Source of the DNA: Pavona decussata | Lineage: Eukaryota | Length of the DNA: 64,000 nt | Direction of reading: 5' to 3' | NCBI GenBank assembly: GCA_977016875.1 | Contig: CDRNST010000287.1 | Location: 124,001 to 188,000 of the forward strand | Part shown: one piece after another, positions 1 through 11,209 of the stretch | Layout: the number at the start of each line of letters is the position of its first letter | Numbering within the stretch: the stretch's first letter is position 1 | Notes under the pieces: model-generated | Database searches by the model: none | What the model saw: only the letters and a program-made list of their open reading frames with translations | What the model was told of the DNA's origin: nothing | Made by a program: the position numbers and the translations under genes

Positions 1-535
1 AAACTGTTGTGGGGCAAGTACAGTGGTTGTTTTAAAGAACCAACACATGGAAAGGTGCCAACACAGGTACTAGTTGGAAATGTACCTTTTCTTTGTTACA
101 TCCTGTATTGTCACAATATATCACTATGCTACATGAGTAGCTACGTCTGCTTTGTAGTAAAGGTATTTTAAAAAAAGAGGCTGTGATGCCTTAGACTACG
201 AGTAGTCCCCCTTTTTCCCTCAGGGATAGTAGGGCGAGTGAAACGCGAGCACGCGTGAAAATCACCCCACGCGAGAAAAGGCGACACGCGGCGGGGAGAG
301 AGAAAAATGAGGGACTACAGACAAAGCCCAAGCTTTTGACCCTTCACGGCCGACTGATTTTGGAGTGTGAAGATCGTATCACGTTCTAACTCAATTAAGC
401 GCATCCAATGGGATTCCTTCTCTCATTGAGCTGTCATTGCCCTTGTCATCGGTAAACTGCAGGGGATATTTATTGCAAGTGAAAGAAAACCCAGACACAA
501 ATTCTTCGCAGCTGTTTCGCGCGAAGGACTGATGA

Positions 536-1290
536 ATGGCTGAAACGCTGAAGAAGTCAGTTGGAAGACCTTTAAAAAAGCCAAGTTGCAGTGACTTTTG
601 TCGTGTTTGTGGATGTAACTTCAACACTTATCACGGTGATTTTAAACGAAGAGTTTCTACAGAGAATCTCTCTGAGATCCCTAAACGAGCAGGCGTTGAG
701 AAAAGTGGCTTGGCCTGGCTGACCTGTTGTGCGAACTTGGAATTACATGTGAGCAATCAAGTTCTCTTTCTTCCCGTGTCTGTGCAAAATGCAGCACCAA
801 AATAAGAAATGCTATCGGACTTTTTCGATTTCTGCGGGGAAGTCTTCTCTTCCAAGCCCCCAAAAAGTGTTGTGGAAGTTGAACATTCGCAAGGAAAAGT
901 TTTGGTTCAGCACGCGCCGGCGTCAGTCCATTGTGAAATGTTATTTGTCTTTGTAGTGTCACGGCAAGGACTGAAAAAAAAAACGATATCTCCGGTTCTC
1001 TTTAGCAGAATTCGCTGATTCAAACGTTAAAGTGCTCTTTCTTCAAAGCCCCAGAGTTTTCTTCAAAGTTTCTATAATGCGCCGATCACAAATTTGTAAA
1101 CATTACGTGCCAAACATTATGCGTTATTTTTGGCAAGTCAACGTTTATAAAAAATATGCCGCCGCGAGCGTAAGCTGAATTGCAGCTCAAGAAATGGAGT
1201 GCTTTAGAAAAGACAATTAAAATATCAAGTGGTTCCCTCTCAACACGAGGCTTATCGTTTTGGCAACATTTTTTATTTAATGAGGAGTTG
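536..1290 (+). pseudogene. 5' fragment of Academ transposase gene with N-terminal CxxC...CxxC zinc finger
   Basis: MAETLKK...DFCRVCGCNF...VSTENL, then after a frameshift SRVCAKCSTKIRNA. Broken by frameshifts and the internal deletion. Confidence 0.6.
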
Positions 1291-1715
1291 TCGATAACAA
1301 CCAAAGAAATGTTTAGTTTCGAATGGGGTTCTGCTCCTTTCAGGATCTCCGTGAAGTTCCTGGATAAACAGTCTTCAGCTGAAGCCAAAATCATTCGAAA
1401 ATGTCCGTCCGAAATATCGTGTAAACAATCCTCAATGTCAGGTTTCAAGTGAACCGATGGAATACCAAGGCAGTTCATTTCTTTTGCCTGCTCTTCCACA
1501 ATGCTCTTGAGTGGTGAAATAACCAGGACGCTCGCGTTCGCAGATGTTTGCGCCATACTAAAGACTTGATAAATCAAACTTTTTCCAAATCCGGTTGGAA
1601 GTATCGCGAGCACATCCTTCCCCGCCAACAGGGCCTCCACTGCTTGCGTCTGTTCCGGTTTAAGCGATGTCACGTTTGGAATTTTTTCGAGACATGCCTG
1701 AAGTTTGTCTGTCAT
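1290..1715 (-). pseudogene. N-terminal fragment of RecQ-like SF2 helicase (AcademH cargo)
   Basis: ATG at 1715. Motif 0 LKPEQ, Walker A LPTGFGKSLIYQ, motif Ia VISPLKS. Truncated at LVVID just before DExH. Confidence 0.85.
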
Positions 1716-2682
1716 TTTGACACAAATTATGATTATGTCGAGTGTTGATAGCGGCTGACGCGTTTTTGACAGATGTTGACAGATTGCCATGGAAGAGCCA
1801 ATCAGAGTTTTGGGTTGTGAGAGCAACGCATTAGTTCAAAAGCTAGGGCTTTGTCTGTAGTCCCTCATTTTTCTCTCACCCCGCCGCGTGTCGCCTTTTC
1901 TCGCGTGGGGTGATTTTCACGCGCGCTCGCATTTCGCTCCCCCTACTATCCCTGAGGAAAAATGGGGGACTACTCGTAGTCTAGTGATGCCTCAGTTTAC
2001 AGGGGTAACACATCGGTCCCTTGGAAGACATTTAGCAAGACACACTATCTTGCAGTCCATATTATTAATATCATCTTTTTGGATTATTAACAGACTAATT
2101 TTGTAAATACCAACAGGGTATCAGCGTGCCAAGTTTGGTTCCTGCAGAGTTTCGAACTAACAGTAGTTGCCAAACTGATGACTGTGAAGAAAATGGCAGA
2201 TGGGTTCATCCAATCACTGGCTCATCAAGGCGTTATGTTCTAGATGACCGGTTTCAGTCATCTACCAACCCGCACAAATCACCACTTTGTGACTACCACA
2301 ATATTAATCTGTGCCTACAAGCCAACACAATAAAAACTAGTTACCAGGAGAGTAAAAATCACAGAAAGAACATGAAGAGACTGAGAAGTGCTTGTGTGCA
2401 GGGATTTGGAACACATTTCCTGTACAATTATCTCATGGATTTTAATCAAAATGAAGTCATCATTGAGAAAAACTAGAAACCCTGCAGAGAGGACTGCAGA
2501 GTGGTATGAAAATAGTCAGGGATGAATTCATGCGATTTGTTTATGTCCCTGCAAATCCTATCACATAGACCCAAAAGTGTGATTTGTTCCTAATGTTATG
2601 TTTCCAGTCAGTAGATGCTTAATGGCTTCTCCTAGTTTGTAACATGTTAATCTAATACCAATTGATTAATTCTCATAACTTA

Positions 2683-3105
2683 CAGTAAAAACCCGTGCAT
2701 AAGAACATAGTGATATAAGAACCTAGCTACAGGCTGAAATTTGGCATTTAAATACCCCAAAATATAAGAACCTGTTCAGCCTGGCATAGAAAAATAGGTT
2801 CTTATACAAACACAATCACTTCAATTTTGATGGTCAAAATTCTGGATTTTAATTGTGAGAAAATTCTTACAAAAAGTTATTGTGTATATGTTTGCTTTGA
2901 TTTACATTTTTTTGTTTGGATTTTCACTAGGTTTCACTAGTGCTAAACCATTTTGTATTAGTAGACATTTCTGCCAATGGTTACACTATGACAATCTCTG
3001 AAAAATAAGAACCTATTAAGAACCTAATCAGCCTGATTTGTTAAAAACTACCCTAAAATATAAGAACCTGTTCAGCCTGACCTCGAAAATTCTAGGTTCT
3101 TACTG
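2683..3105. mobile_element. Tc1/mariner-type (pogo-like) MITE
   Basis: TA|CAGTAAAAACC...GGTTCTTACTG|TA ends. Internal repeats of TAAGAACCTGTTCAGCCTG-like units at ~2717, 2765, 3006-3030 and 3061. Confidence 0.7.
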
Positions 3106-3453
3106 TATTTGTCTTTGTATTGCTGTATTTTATTGGTGGAGTTCAGCTACATGTGATAGTGACCTTAACTTTGGCACATACAGTGTACAGACAAGCATCC
3201 ATAATTGGCTTGTAAACTGAGTAGTTCCAAAGTCTCCACACTCCCACAGAGGGCATTTTGCTTTAGACCCTCCTATTTCCATTTTTTTTTTTTTTTTTCA
3301 ACTTAGGTGGGTCACCTCTGGAAACAAAATTTCTGTAACAGAAGTTGTTGCACTATGTTTTCATGTGAAAGACAACTTAACGGCAACAAAACAAAAAGAA
3401 AGAAAGCTGTCCAGTAATGTTAATATCATGTCAGTGCATGGACAGTGAACACA

Positions 3454-4658
3454 GAGTGTCTCGAAAACGAAGACCCCTAAAACGAAGACCCTAAGACCCC
3501 AAAAACTCGAAAACGAAGACCCCCAAAATTTCCAAGTATAAGTACACAAAAATAAAATTATAGCAAAAAATACCTTATTTCATACCTCAAGTGAAATTTA
3601 ATTCCTTCTGGTGGTCCTACCATGGTTATCCGCCATCTTGAGCTGAGCAGCCGCGTTTCTTGGAACACTGACCGGAACTGACCGGAAGTGTGTTTCCCGC
3701 TCAACTGGACCGGAAGCACATTTCCCGAACGTCTCAGTTGCGCTGCTGGGTCTTTATTTAATATAAACCACCTAGCAAAAGAAACGAGTGTTAAATCTCT
3801 CCTTCTCGGAACTACAACCACGCGATCGTGAGAGCAAAAGAAATGAAGCCAAGGCTTTCTACTATTGAAGTTGCTGTAATGATTTTGAAGTTCTTCACTC
3901 CCGAGTGTCGATTCCTATTTTTAACAAAATTCATCAGCCTCCCTATAAAATAGGCCTTATCACGGTTTTCGACGCCATTTTGACGAGTAGGCAAACAGGC
4001 TTGAAATAACAGTGTTTGTATGGAAATCCGACTTCAAATAATTTTCATAAAACATCGCTTCTGAAATATTCATGAATTGGAAACTTTTCGTACTAGAAAA
4101 AGGATTTTAGGAAAAAAATTGGAGGGATGTAAGCTGTGCCAGAAAGCGTCCAGTTGTGTTTTGAACTTTCCATACATTTCCCGTATTTTTTCCAGCAAAC
4201 CATGGCTTAGTAGCAGTTCACGGCTGGTTTGCTATAGAGATAAATGTATGGATATACTCGGGATTGAAGAACCTCAAAATCATTACAGCGACTTTCATAA
4301 TAGAAAGCCTAGGCTTCATTTCTTTTGCTCTCACGATCCCGTGGTTGTAATTCCCAGAAGGAGGGATTTAACACTCGTTTCTTTGTAGTTGGTAATTAAA
4401 TAAAACCCAGCAGCGCAACTGAGAGGTTCGGAAACGCGCTTCCCATCCAGTGGAGCGGAAAACACACTTCCGGTCAGTATTCCAAGAAACGCGGTTGCTC
4501 AGCTCAAGATGGCAGATAATCATGGTAGGAGCACAGGAAAGAATTAAATTTCACTTGAGGTATGAAATAATGTATTTTTTATTTTTATTTTTTTTTTGTA
4601 CTTATACTTGGAAATTTTGGGGGTCTTTGTTTTAAAGGTCTTCGTTTTCGAGACAGCC
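3454..4658. mobile_element. MULE/foldback-like non-autonomous element with long imperfect TIRs
   Basis: ~3454-3915 and ~4250-4658 are reverse complements. G...C ends. TSD GTGAACACA(G) at 3445-3453 and 4659-4667. Subterminal AAAACGAAGACC repeats. Confidence 0.8.
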
Positions 4659-4990
4659 GTGAACACAGTGTCATTCTTAACTAACAATTTCACAATAGTT
4701 CAAGGGTAATCAAAACGCTCCGAATATCCTTTGCCCTCTGTGAAGGGGATGGAACCGATACATTGAAAAAAATGTGTAAATCTGGTACTTAGACGGTACA
4801 AAGGGAGTTGTGTAAGATGAGTGTCAGTGGTTGAAAGGGAAGCTGGAAGAGATAGGTATCAGGGAAAAGAGGGCAGGAGATGCTTCTATAAGAACCCACT
4901 TTTATTTCTGCAGCTGCTGCAGAGGCCTTACAAATTTGTCTGTTTGAGCTGTACAAGTAAGTGACAAACAACCATGATTCAAACTATTAA

Positions 4991-5769
4991 GGTGGCCAAA
5001 TACAGTTTTTTAGTGTACAGGTGTTAAAAGACGTTATTTGGAAACTATCTATTTCTGGACGCCAAAAATTGGTATGGTGTAAGACCAACTAAGAAAAAAT
5101 GTATTTTCGTACGTCTTGTTGAGCTAAGTGCTGCTTCCATGACAACGCAGCGAACTATTAATTGTCCATAAATAGTAGGTCTCCTTTATCTTTAGAAAAT
5201 GTACTCTCTAGATTTTTTTCCATTTTTTGTATCCAGAACAACTCACAAAACACTGACACAGTTGCACTATTTTCATGTAACTTTGACAGAGAGATCTCCA
5301 AATATTGATTTTGCATTTTAATGTTTTGTGAAGATACCCTTTGTTAGATTTAGGTTTCTCTTTGTAGGCGAGTTACGCTTTTAGGGAACTATTTTCATTT
5401 TTAATTTCAGGGAATTCTTATGAGCGGTTTATTAGAAAACAGTTCATTTCCACGAAAACAACCAGTCGCAATTTTTGGTCAAATGCGCATGCGTGGTTTT
5501 ATTTGGGTTTCATGGCAAAGATGAAAAGCATGTGAAAGGTTGTGGTGAATGTTTTTTTTTTTTTTTTTTTTTTGCACGGAAAGAAAAGAAAAAGAGTCCA
5601 GAAACGAGAAACTTAGTTATTTAGGATCAAAACTTAACTTTATTATCCATTTCATGTGAAATTGAGGGATCACTTTATTGACCGACGTATTTGCGTACCA
5701 CAACCCTAACGCGTGCTTAATAGCATCTCTTACAGAATCTGTTAAGTGCGCAAACTGTGTTCAGCCACC
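4991..5769. mobile_element. Kolobok-type non-autonomous element
   Basis: TTAA at 4987-4990 and 5770-5773. TIRs GGTGGCCAAATACAGTTT and AAACTGTGTTCAGCCACC (RR...YY termini). Confidence 0.75.
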
Positions 5770-5860
5770 TTAAATGGTGTGTTCTTGAAAGAGGAAAAAA
5801 ATACAGGCAATATACCTTGGTAAAATGAACTTTATTTTTCCTACTTCCATATTGCGTTAG

Positions 5861-6080
5861 TGCAGTGACTCAAGCAGATGTAAACCCTTCAGTGCTAGTG
5901 AATCAAGGGACCAACAACCAAGTGTCAGGTATACATAAAATTATGTACAATAAAGCAAGCCTGTCATGTATAGAATTGGTTACTGATTTGTTTACTTATC
6001 TCTTTGTCTTCAAACAGGTGCAGCGACTCAAGCAGATGTAAACCCTTCAGTGAATCAAGGGACAAACAACCAAGTGTCAG
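5861..6080 (+). repeat. Tandemly duplicated ~65-bp mini-exon
   Basis: TGCAG(T/C)GACTCAAGCAGATGTAAACCCTTCAG...CCAAGTGTCAG|GT at 5861-5928 and 6018-6080. Each is preceded by AG and followed by GT. Confidence 0.75.
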
Positions 6081-6316
6081 GTATGTATGGTTACATAAAA
6101 TGTATATCAAAAAACTGTTGTTTACAAATTAAAACAATCATCATCAAATACTAATTAATTATTTGTCAGGAAGATACTAATAATTTACCCTTATGACTCC
6201 TAATTATATTGCATATTAGGGAAGATTTTTGTTGGTTACTGAAATTTAAAATGTCAATCAGTTATGATTATGAGTCACTTCAGTGATTCTTTCTGTTTTC
6301 GTTTCATCTTAGCAGA

Positions 6317-7200
6317 TGCAGTGGCTCAAAACAAAAATTTCCTGTTAACGAGGTTTCTGCGACGATACTTGAACATGAGAAGCAAAGAATATATCAGGAT
6401 GCTAAAAAGAAAACTAAACAAAAAGAAAGAACTTGCACACAGGAAAAAAAATTGAGGGAAAGACAAATTCAGGCAAGAAAAATGTTGAAAGGAAAATCCT
6501 TGAGGACATAATGGCTGACAAAACAGATGGTTATGCACGTTCACATCTGATATTGAAAGCAAAGGCTCTTGCAGGTCCATCCGCTTTCCTAAAGCTTAAT
6601 AAAGCCACATTACACTGCCTATTTCGTATCTATGACATTGAGTATGTATCTCGCAAAACGAAGTCTTTCCTGTGCAAGATACTACAAGAAAAAATTCTTC
6701 AATTAAACGCTGTTTCACACCCTGACAGGGTTCAAGCAGAACGCTTTGCCCAAATCAAAAAGAACCATCAAAACAAAAGAGAGGTGGATGACTACCCAGA
6801 CATGCAGGATGCTTACACAAATGACAATGGACAATCAATGGAACCTCTGGCTTTGAATCAAGAAGAGATGGTAACTGTTTCTACTGAGCCAAGCTCCAAT
6901 CCATTGATCTCTTGCACTAGTACTGACACTAGCCAACAAACAGGCCCTTGTGGTGATGTAAATGGATCAATTCCAAATGCCCATGTCCAGCAGCTGTCTG
7001 AAAACAGACCAAGAAGAAAAAATTCAAGCCAACAAATGAGCAGCTGTCTTTGCTGAGACAAGATCATGATCAGAAAACAAATAAGACTGTTAATCTTAAG
7101 AGAGCTCACGACTATGGGGTGCATGTTTCCCAGATTGAGAACTGGCATAAAAGATACCGCAAACAAAGGAGGACAAGTTCAAGTAATGGGATGTGGGATA
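6317..7200 (+). pseudogene. Terminal exon of an uncharacterised, probably TE-derived gene with a C-terminal homeodomain-like motif; frameshifts in A-runs
   Basis: Merging frames across A-runs at ~6445 and ~7020 gives ...KKELAHRKKIEG...ARSHLILKAKAL...RPRRKKFKPTNEQLSLL...YGVHVSQIENWHKRYRKQRR. The last block resembles homeodomain helix 3 (QI..W...R.K). Confidence 0.5.
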
Positions 7201-7455
7201 TGTGTATTATCCATGGTTTACTGAATCACACGGGCAACTTAAATTTTAAAAAGAATATCAAAGAAAGAATGAAAGTATTAACCTAGGTTAAAAAAAATTA
7301 CCTAGGTTGAAATACATTTAACCTGAAAATAAATTTGACCTGTTACATATACACAAGTACAACCTGAAACCTAAAACCTGAACCTTCAGTACCAGGCCGG
7401 GGACTAGATCCCGTAAGCTTATAAATGACTGTTTTTAAAGCTACTGAGTACTTAC

Positions 7456-7885
7456 CAATTAAGTTTGAATGAGCTATTTCCATTCCTTATTGAGAGATGT
7501 TGCCTATTGCGTTGATGTTTGTAGCTACACAAAAAGGAAAAAGGTGATAATTACTCACAGTAACTTAATATAATTATTCATTTGTTACTGTACGAAAGTT
7601 CTGTAGGGTTATCATTTTGACCCTCTTGTGCTCTTTGACGTTTAAAGAACAGCTCTTGTCGGTCCTGGCTGGTGCGTGATGGTTTCATTTCACAGCCAGG
7701 ATACAGGGTAAACAACACCTTACAGTAGCTCCTAAATCCAAGTACCATCAATTGCACGTCGAACATGGTTTTCTCTGACAAGGATATGCTGTTTCTTTCT
7801 GACGCCATCATTCCTTTGGTACATGTAGCTTGTACTTCCTTGTGCCAATCTTGAAACCACTGAAGGGCTGCTTCATTTTCCGCGA
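7456..7885 (-). pseudogene. P-element/THAP9-like transposase fragment (catalytic Glu region)
   Basis: ALQWFQDW...RTSQDRQELFFKRQRAQEGQNDNPT matches the P-family QD..E.FF...R...G.N.NPT motif. A further small exon lies at ~7456-7512. Confidence 0.65.
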
Positions 7886-9382
7886 ATAATATTAATTATC
7901 ACTGACTAAGAAGTCAACAACAAATTTACAGTAATTGTAAATTCAAGAGACATTCTCTTGAACAGCAACTATAAATGAAACTTTTACCTGAAGGTTGCTC
8001 TAGATGTAAAATTCTTTATGAAAATTTTTGTATTCTCAAGGAATTGAACGGAGGCATCAAACTCTCCATTTCCCAAGTACTGATTTTTATTACATATTAA
8101 TAAAAAACATGCTCTAATTGACTGGTCAAAAATATTCACCTAAACTTAATTTATTGTGACCTGATTACATGCACATGCATCGATCCTTGTTTAGTTACAT
8201 GATAATATTACCACGAAATCTGGCAAACTTTTGCTTCATGTATTCATTAAAAAAATAATGATAATACCTAATAAAGAAATGATGTCAAACAATGAACAGC
8301 AAATTAAAGAATGTGTCATAAGGCATATGGAACACCACAAAGTTGGTTTAAAATTCTGAGGTGTGCTTGTTTTTTTTCTTTTTCAACCCACTTTTCAGTG
8401 TTTTAAGATCAAGACGATATGCTTCTTCTAGTATTATTATCTTTTCATAATTATGAAACGTATTTAAAATAAATAGAGTAACAGGAATCTGTTCCACCTT
8501 TCCTTTTTCTTTTTTTCCAATCAGTTTCCTCATTAATTGCCACTACTCAAGCCTTTTTTCATCAAAGAAAGCTTACCCAAATTAATTCATAGATAATATT
8601 ATTTATTAATTTGTTCATTATATCATGGCTCTATAAAATAACGACACAACATTCCACCCCACCTTTTTAATCCTAAGACACTGTCCAGTTTTTTTATGAA
8701 GCATGGGAATGCTCCTGGAATTGAAGGGGGGGGGGGGGGAGCGGCATGTAAAAAAAAGTTGGCCTTCAAAGCAGGGGAGATGGGCCAAAAAATAGGCTCT
8801 GAATGGGCAGCCACGTAATTAGTATAAAGTGTACTATAATGTGAATAATGACGCAAGGTATCCCATTACCCCAAAATACAATTTCTGACTTTCAGAAAAT
8901 TTCAATTTTTCCCACAGAGCATGTCCATTAACCTTCCCCCTCCCCACCCCTGTACTTTGTTACTTGAATACAGTAAACTCATACTATCATAATCCTCATT
9001 TATTAAAAGATACCAGTACCTTATTACAATATTATGAAAGTCATTCTTTTCTTTCCCCTTTGGTTCACATGACCACCAATGACAGGCACAATGAAAATTG
9101 TCCATTACAAGAATGAGCTGGCTCTCAGCGCCCTTTGAGTCTTTTTTCTTTGTTGACTTTAAGGAGTAGTGGAGTCATTATATAAACAAAAATCGGGGCA
9201 GCACACTTTAATGGCGTGCCTTTCCAGTCAATATTCAAACAACCTTAATATACAATAATACATCCATTGCATTTCTGTGCCATATTTTTTATTTCCTCTC
9301 TGTATTTTTTTTTTGCTTCTATATTTTTTTACATCTCTTCTTATTAATTTATATTAATCAGAAAAACTAACACAGAGAGATT

Positions 9383-10010
9383 TTGACGTTTCGATGACAT
9401 CCTGTCATCATTGTCCTGAAAATGAAGAAAATTTACATAAGTAAAAAAACTGAAACTAAACCGTAAACAATAGTCTATTGTTCTAAGCCAGTGAATCATC
9501 AAGTGACCTCACGCAAAGGAAAACCAAAGTCAAGTGAATAATTTAGCACGTATCGAGTGTGATTGCATGTTAAGGCTTGGCCTGTACTTTTTAATCCGGA
9601 GCATCTCGTATACCAAACCGTCCATCTGTCCTTGGCATTTCCTCAGAACTGCAAAATTCTTGGCTAAGTCAAGAGATCTAGGGCTGGTATCAAGACCTTG
9701 TGAAGATGTCTGCAAATGGATGAAGAACTGCGACGGTGTTCTTCAATTCTCTAAAAAAGGTGTCGCGTTGTGAAGCCTATGTATTCTGTATCGCACAGAG
9801 GACATGAAAATTTGTACACCACACGGTGTTGATTAATCAGAGAGGGCTTTTGTTCTTTTACGCCAAGTGCATCACTCAGTTTATGACTAGTGTAGATGGG
9901 CTATAGAGGTGTTCCGATTCTGTTGCACTTATTGAGTCTGATTGGATGTTAAGGCTTGGTCTGTACTTTTTAATCAGGAGCATCTCGTATACCAGACAGT
10001 CCATCTTTCC
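9383..10010 (-). mobile_element. Penelope-like element 3' remnant (GIY-YIG C-terminus, partly duplicated) with a degenerate hammerhead-like motif
   Basis: FAVLRKCQGQMDGLVYEMLRIKKYRPSLNMQSHSIRAKLFT* (9530-9715), with the C-terminal segment repeated at ~9930-10010. Hairpin GATGACA-GGA-TGTCATC followed by GAAACGTC on the minus strand at ~9385-9415. Confidence 0.75.
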
Positions 10011-10189
10011 TAAAATCTAGATTTTACACTAGATAAGGCACCAGACACGAATGTACTTAAACAGCAAGTACAAAACATTCAGCATCAATTCAAACTTATG
10101 CAAGAGATGATGTCAAAACTTGAGAAAACGAACAATGAAGATGTTTTAGCTTATCCATGTGTTCCTACTGAGTCCTTTATAGGAAAGTT

Positions 10190-10745
10190 TACATGCAAAA
10201 TCAACTGAGCAATTGGAACACGTGCACCTGACCAAGTGAAACAAATATGAAAGATTTTGAGTTGGATGCTCAGTTCGGATATTGAACAACAATAAGGGAT
10301 ACTGCCATAAAGAGAACCTATTGGAGTGCAAGGAAAATAGGGAGCCAGTGATTGAAAAAGTTATTGTTCTATGTCCCTAGTTACCCAGCAGTGAATGGAA
10401 ATAAACGAATCATTTACAGCAATAATAACCCGCGTAATCAGCTCTAAATATATGAGAACCTTTTCAGTTCGAACTAAAATACAGTTTTGTTAATTCTTAC
10501 CATGAACTGATATCCACTTCCCGATGGAATCTTGCTCTAGGCTGTTCTCCTTATTCAGGTTCTTGAGCCATGCTAGCTTCATATGCTGCTGCCTCTTCTG
10601 ATGTAGCTAGCAGTTCCAGACTATCGTCGTACGGTACAACTCCCCATGATTCAGCAACTTGTTCGTCAAAACTATACTCTGCATCACTTTCTGACAAACT
10701 TGAGGAAGATATTTCCCGCAAAGATGGTGAAGACCGTGAAGACAT
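10190..10745 (-). pseudogene. KolX / P2X7-ballast-like Cys-rich accessory gene fragment of a Kolobok element
   Basis: Acidic N-terminus ...VVPYDDSLELLATSEE...REVDISSW, spliced (GT ~10500, AG ~10229) to CTCSNCSVDF. This gives the W-C-x-C-x-x-C start of the P2X7 C-terminal-like domain. One in-frame stop; 3' truncated. Confidence 0.6.
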
Positions 10746-10866
10746 GCCTAAACGTGGTCGAGAATTGCACCTAATCGCTCTGATGCATACGAGTCCCTGA
10801 CGTCACAAGTTGAGTCATGCATTAAACCGCAGACCAGTAGAAACGTGGGGTTGAATTGGTGAAAAC

Positions 10867-11038
10867 TGTTACAATATTGTTATTGCGTGACACTGTCACA
10901 GCCTCGTGGCATGCCTACGTCATAGTCTTGTTTTCAATAAAAACTTACTTGTTGAACCGCCATCTTGAATGTGAGCTAATCTTCTTCTCTCATCGTCTGT
11001 TCGTCCGCTAAGGAAGACTACGCGTTCAACCCGTCACA
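10867..11038 (+). repeat. 5' LTR
   Basis: TGTTACAATATTG...CCCGTCACA; contains AATAAA. Confidence 0.95.
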
Positions 11039-11056
11039 TGGTGGCAGCGGTGGGAT
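11039..11056 (+). promoter_or_regulatory. Primer binding site complementary to the tRNA-Leu 3' end
   Basis: TGGTGGCAGCGGTGGGAT immediately after the 5' LTR; complement of ...AUCCCACCGCUGCCACCA (tRNA-Leu AAG/TAG type). Confidence 0.9.
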
Positions 11057-11209
11057 AAAGAACAACTTCGTCAGTGACTACTGCTGTCGTCAATTCTCCT
11101 CCGAACCTTTAAAAACTCGCTGTTTGCTCCACGCATCTCTGCTGTCGAACGTGGACCTTCGCTGACCTTCGCAACTCGTAAGTCACTGCTTTAAAAAAAT
11201 CGTCTAAAC

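Larger units (their letters stand above)
192..1983. mobile_element. AcademH-type DNA transposon, internally deleted (non-autonomous)
   Basis: 148-bp TIRs (192-339 and 1836-1983) with 5'-TAG...CTA-3' ends. Exact 9-bp TSD GTGATGCCT (183-191, 1984-1992). Contains convergent 5' fragments of a zinc-finger/transposase gene (+) and a RecQ helicase gene (-), the AcademH organisation. Confidence 0.9.
1..2568 (+). pseudogene. 3' end of an HMGXB3-like (KDZ transposase-related) gene: exon 1..66, intron 67..2116 (contains AcademH), last exon 2117..2568 with a frameshift in an A-run near 2470
   Basis: Frame 1 reads KLLWGKYSGCFKEPTHGKVPTQ|GT. After AG at 2115-2116 it continues in phase GISVPSLV...HPITGSSRRYV...THFLYNYLMDFNQNEVII, then in a shifted frame LETLQRGLQSGMKIVRDEFMRF...TAG (2566-2568). 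These blocks match, in order, the HMGXB3 C-terminus as recalled (LWGETQGCF / HPVTKTATRRI / THYYLYNRLMDF / VVIRDTLYR). Confidence 0.75.

Noticed and set aside
1086-1826. Host RecQ/BLM/WRN gene
   Set aside because: Truncated before DExH and enclosed by AcademH TIRs and TSD; it is transposon cargo.
2700-3530. Spaced short repeats (TAAGAACC..., AAAACGAAGACC) as a CRISPR-like array
   Set aside because: Irregular spacing, located within MITE termini, eukaryotic context and no cas genes.
9383-9420. Functional hammerhead ribozyme
   Set aside because: Helix II and GAAAC are present, but the 5' core reads AGGACAA rather than (C/U)UGAN(G/A)A; probably inactive.
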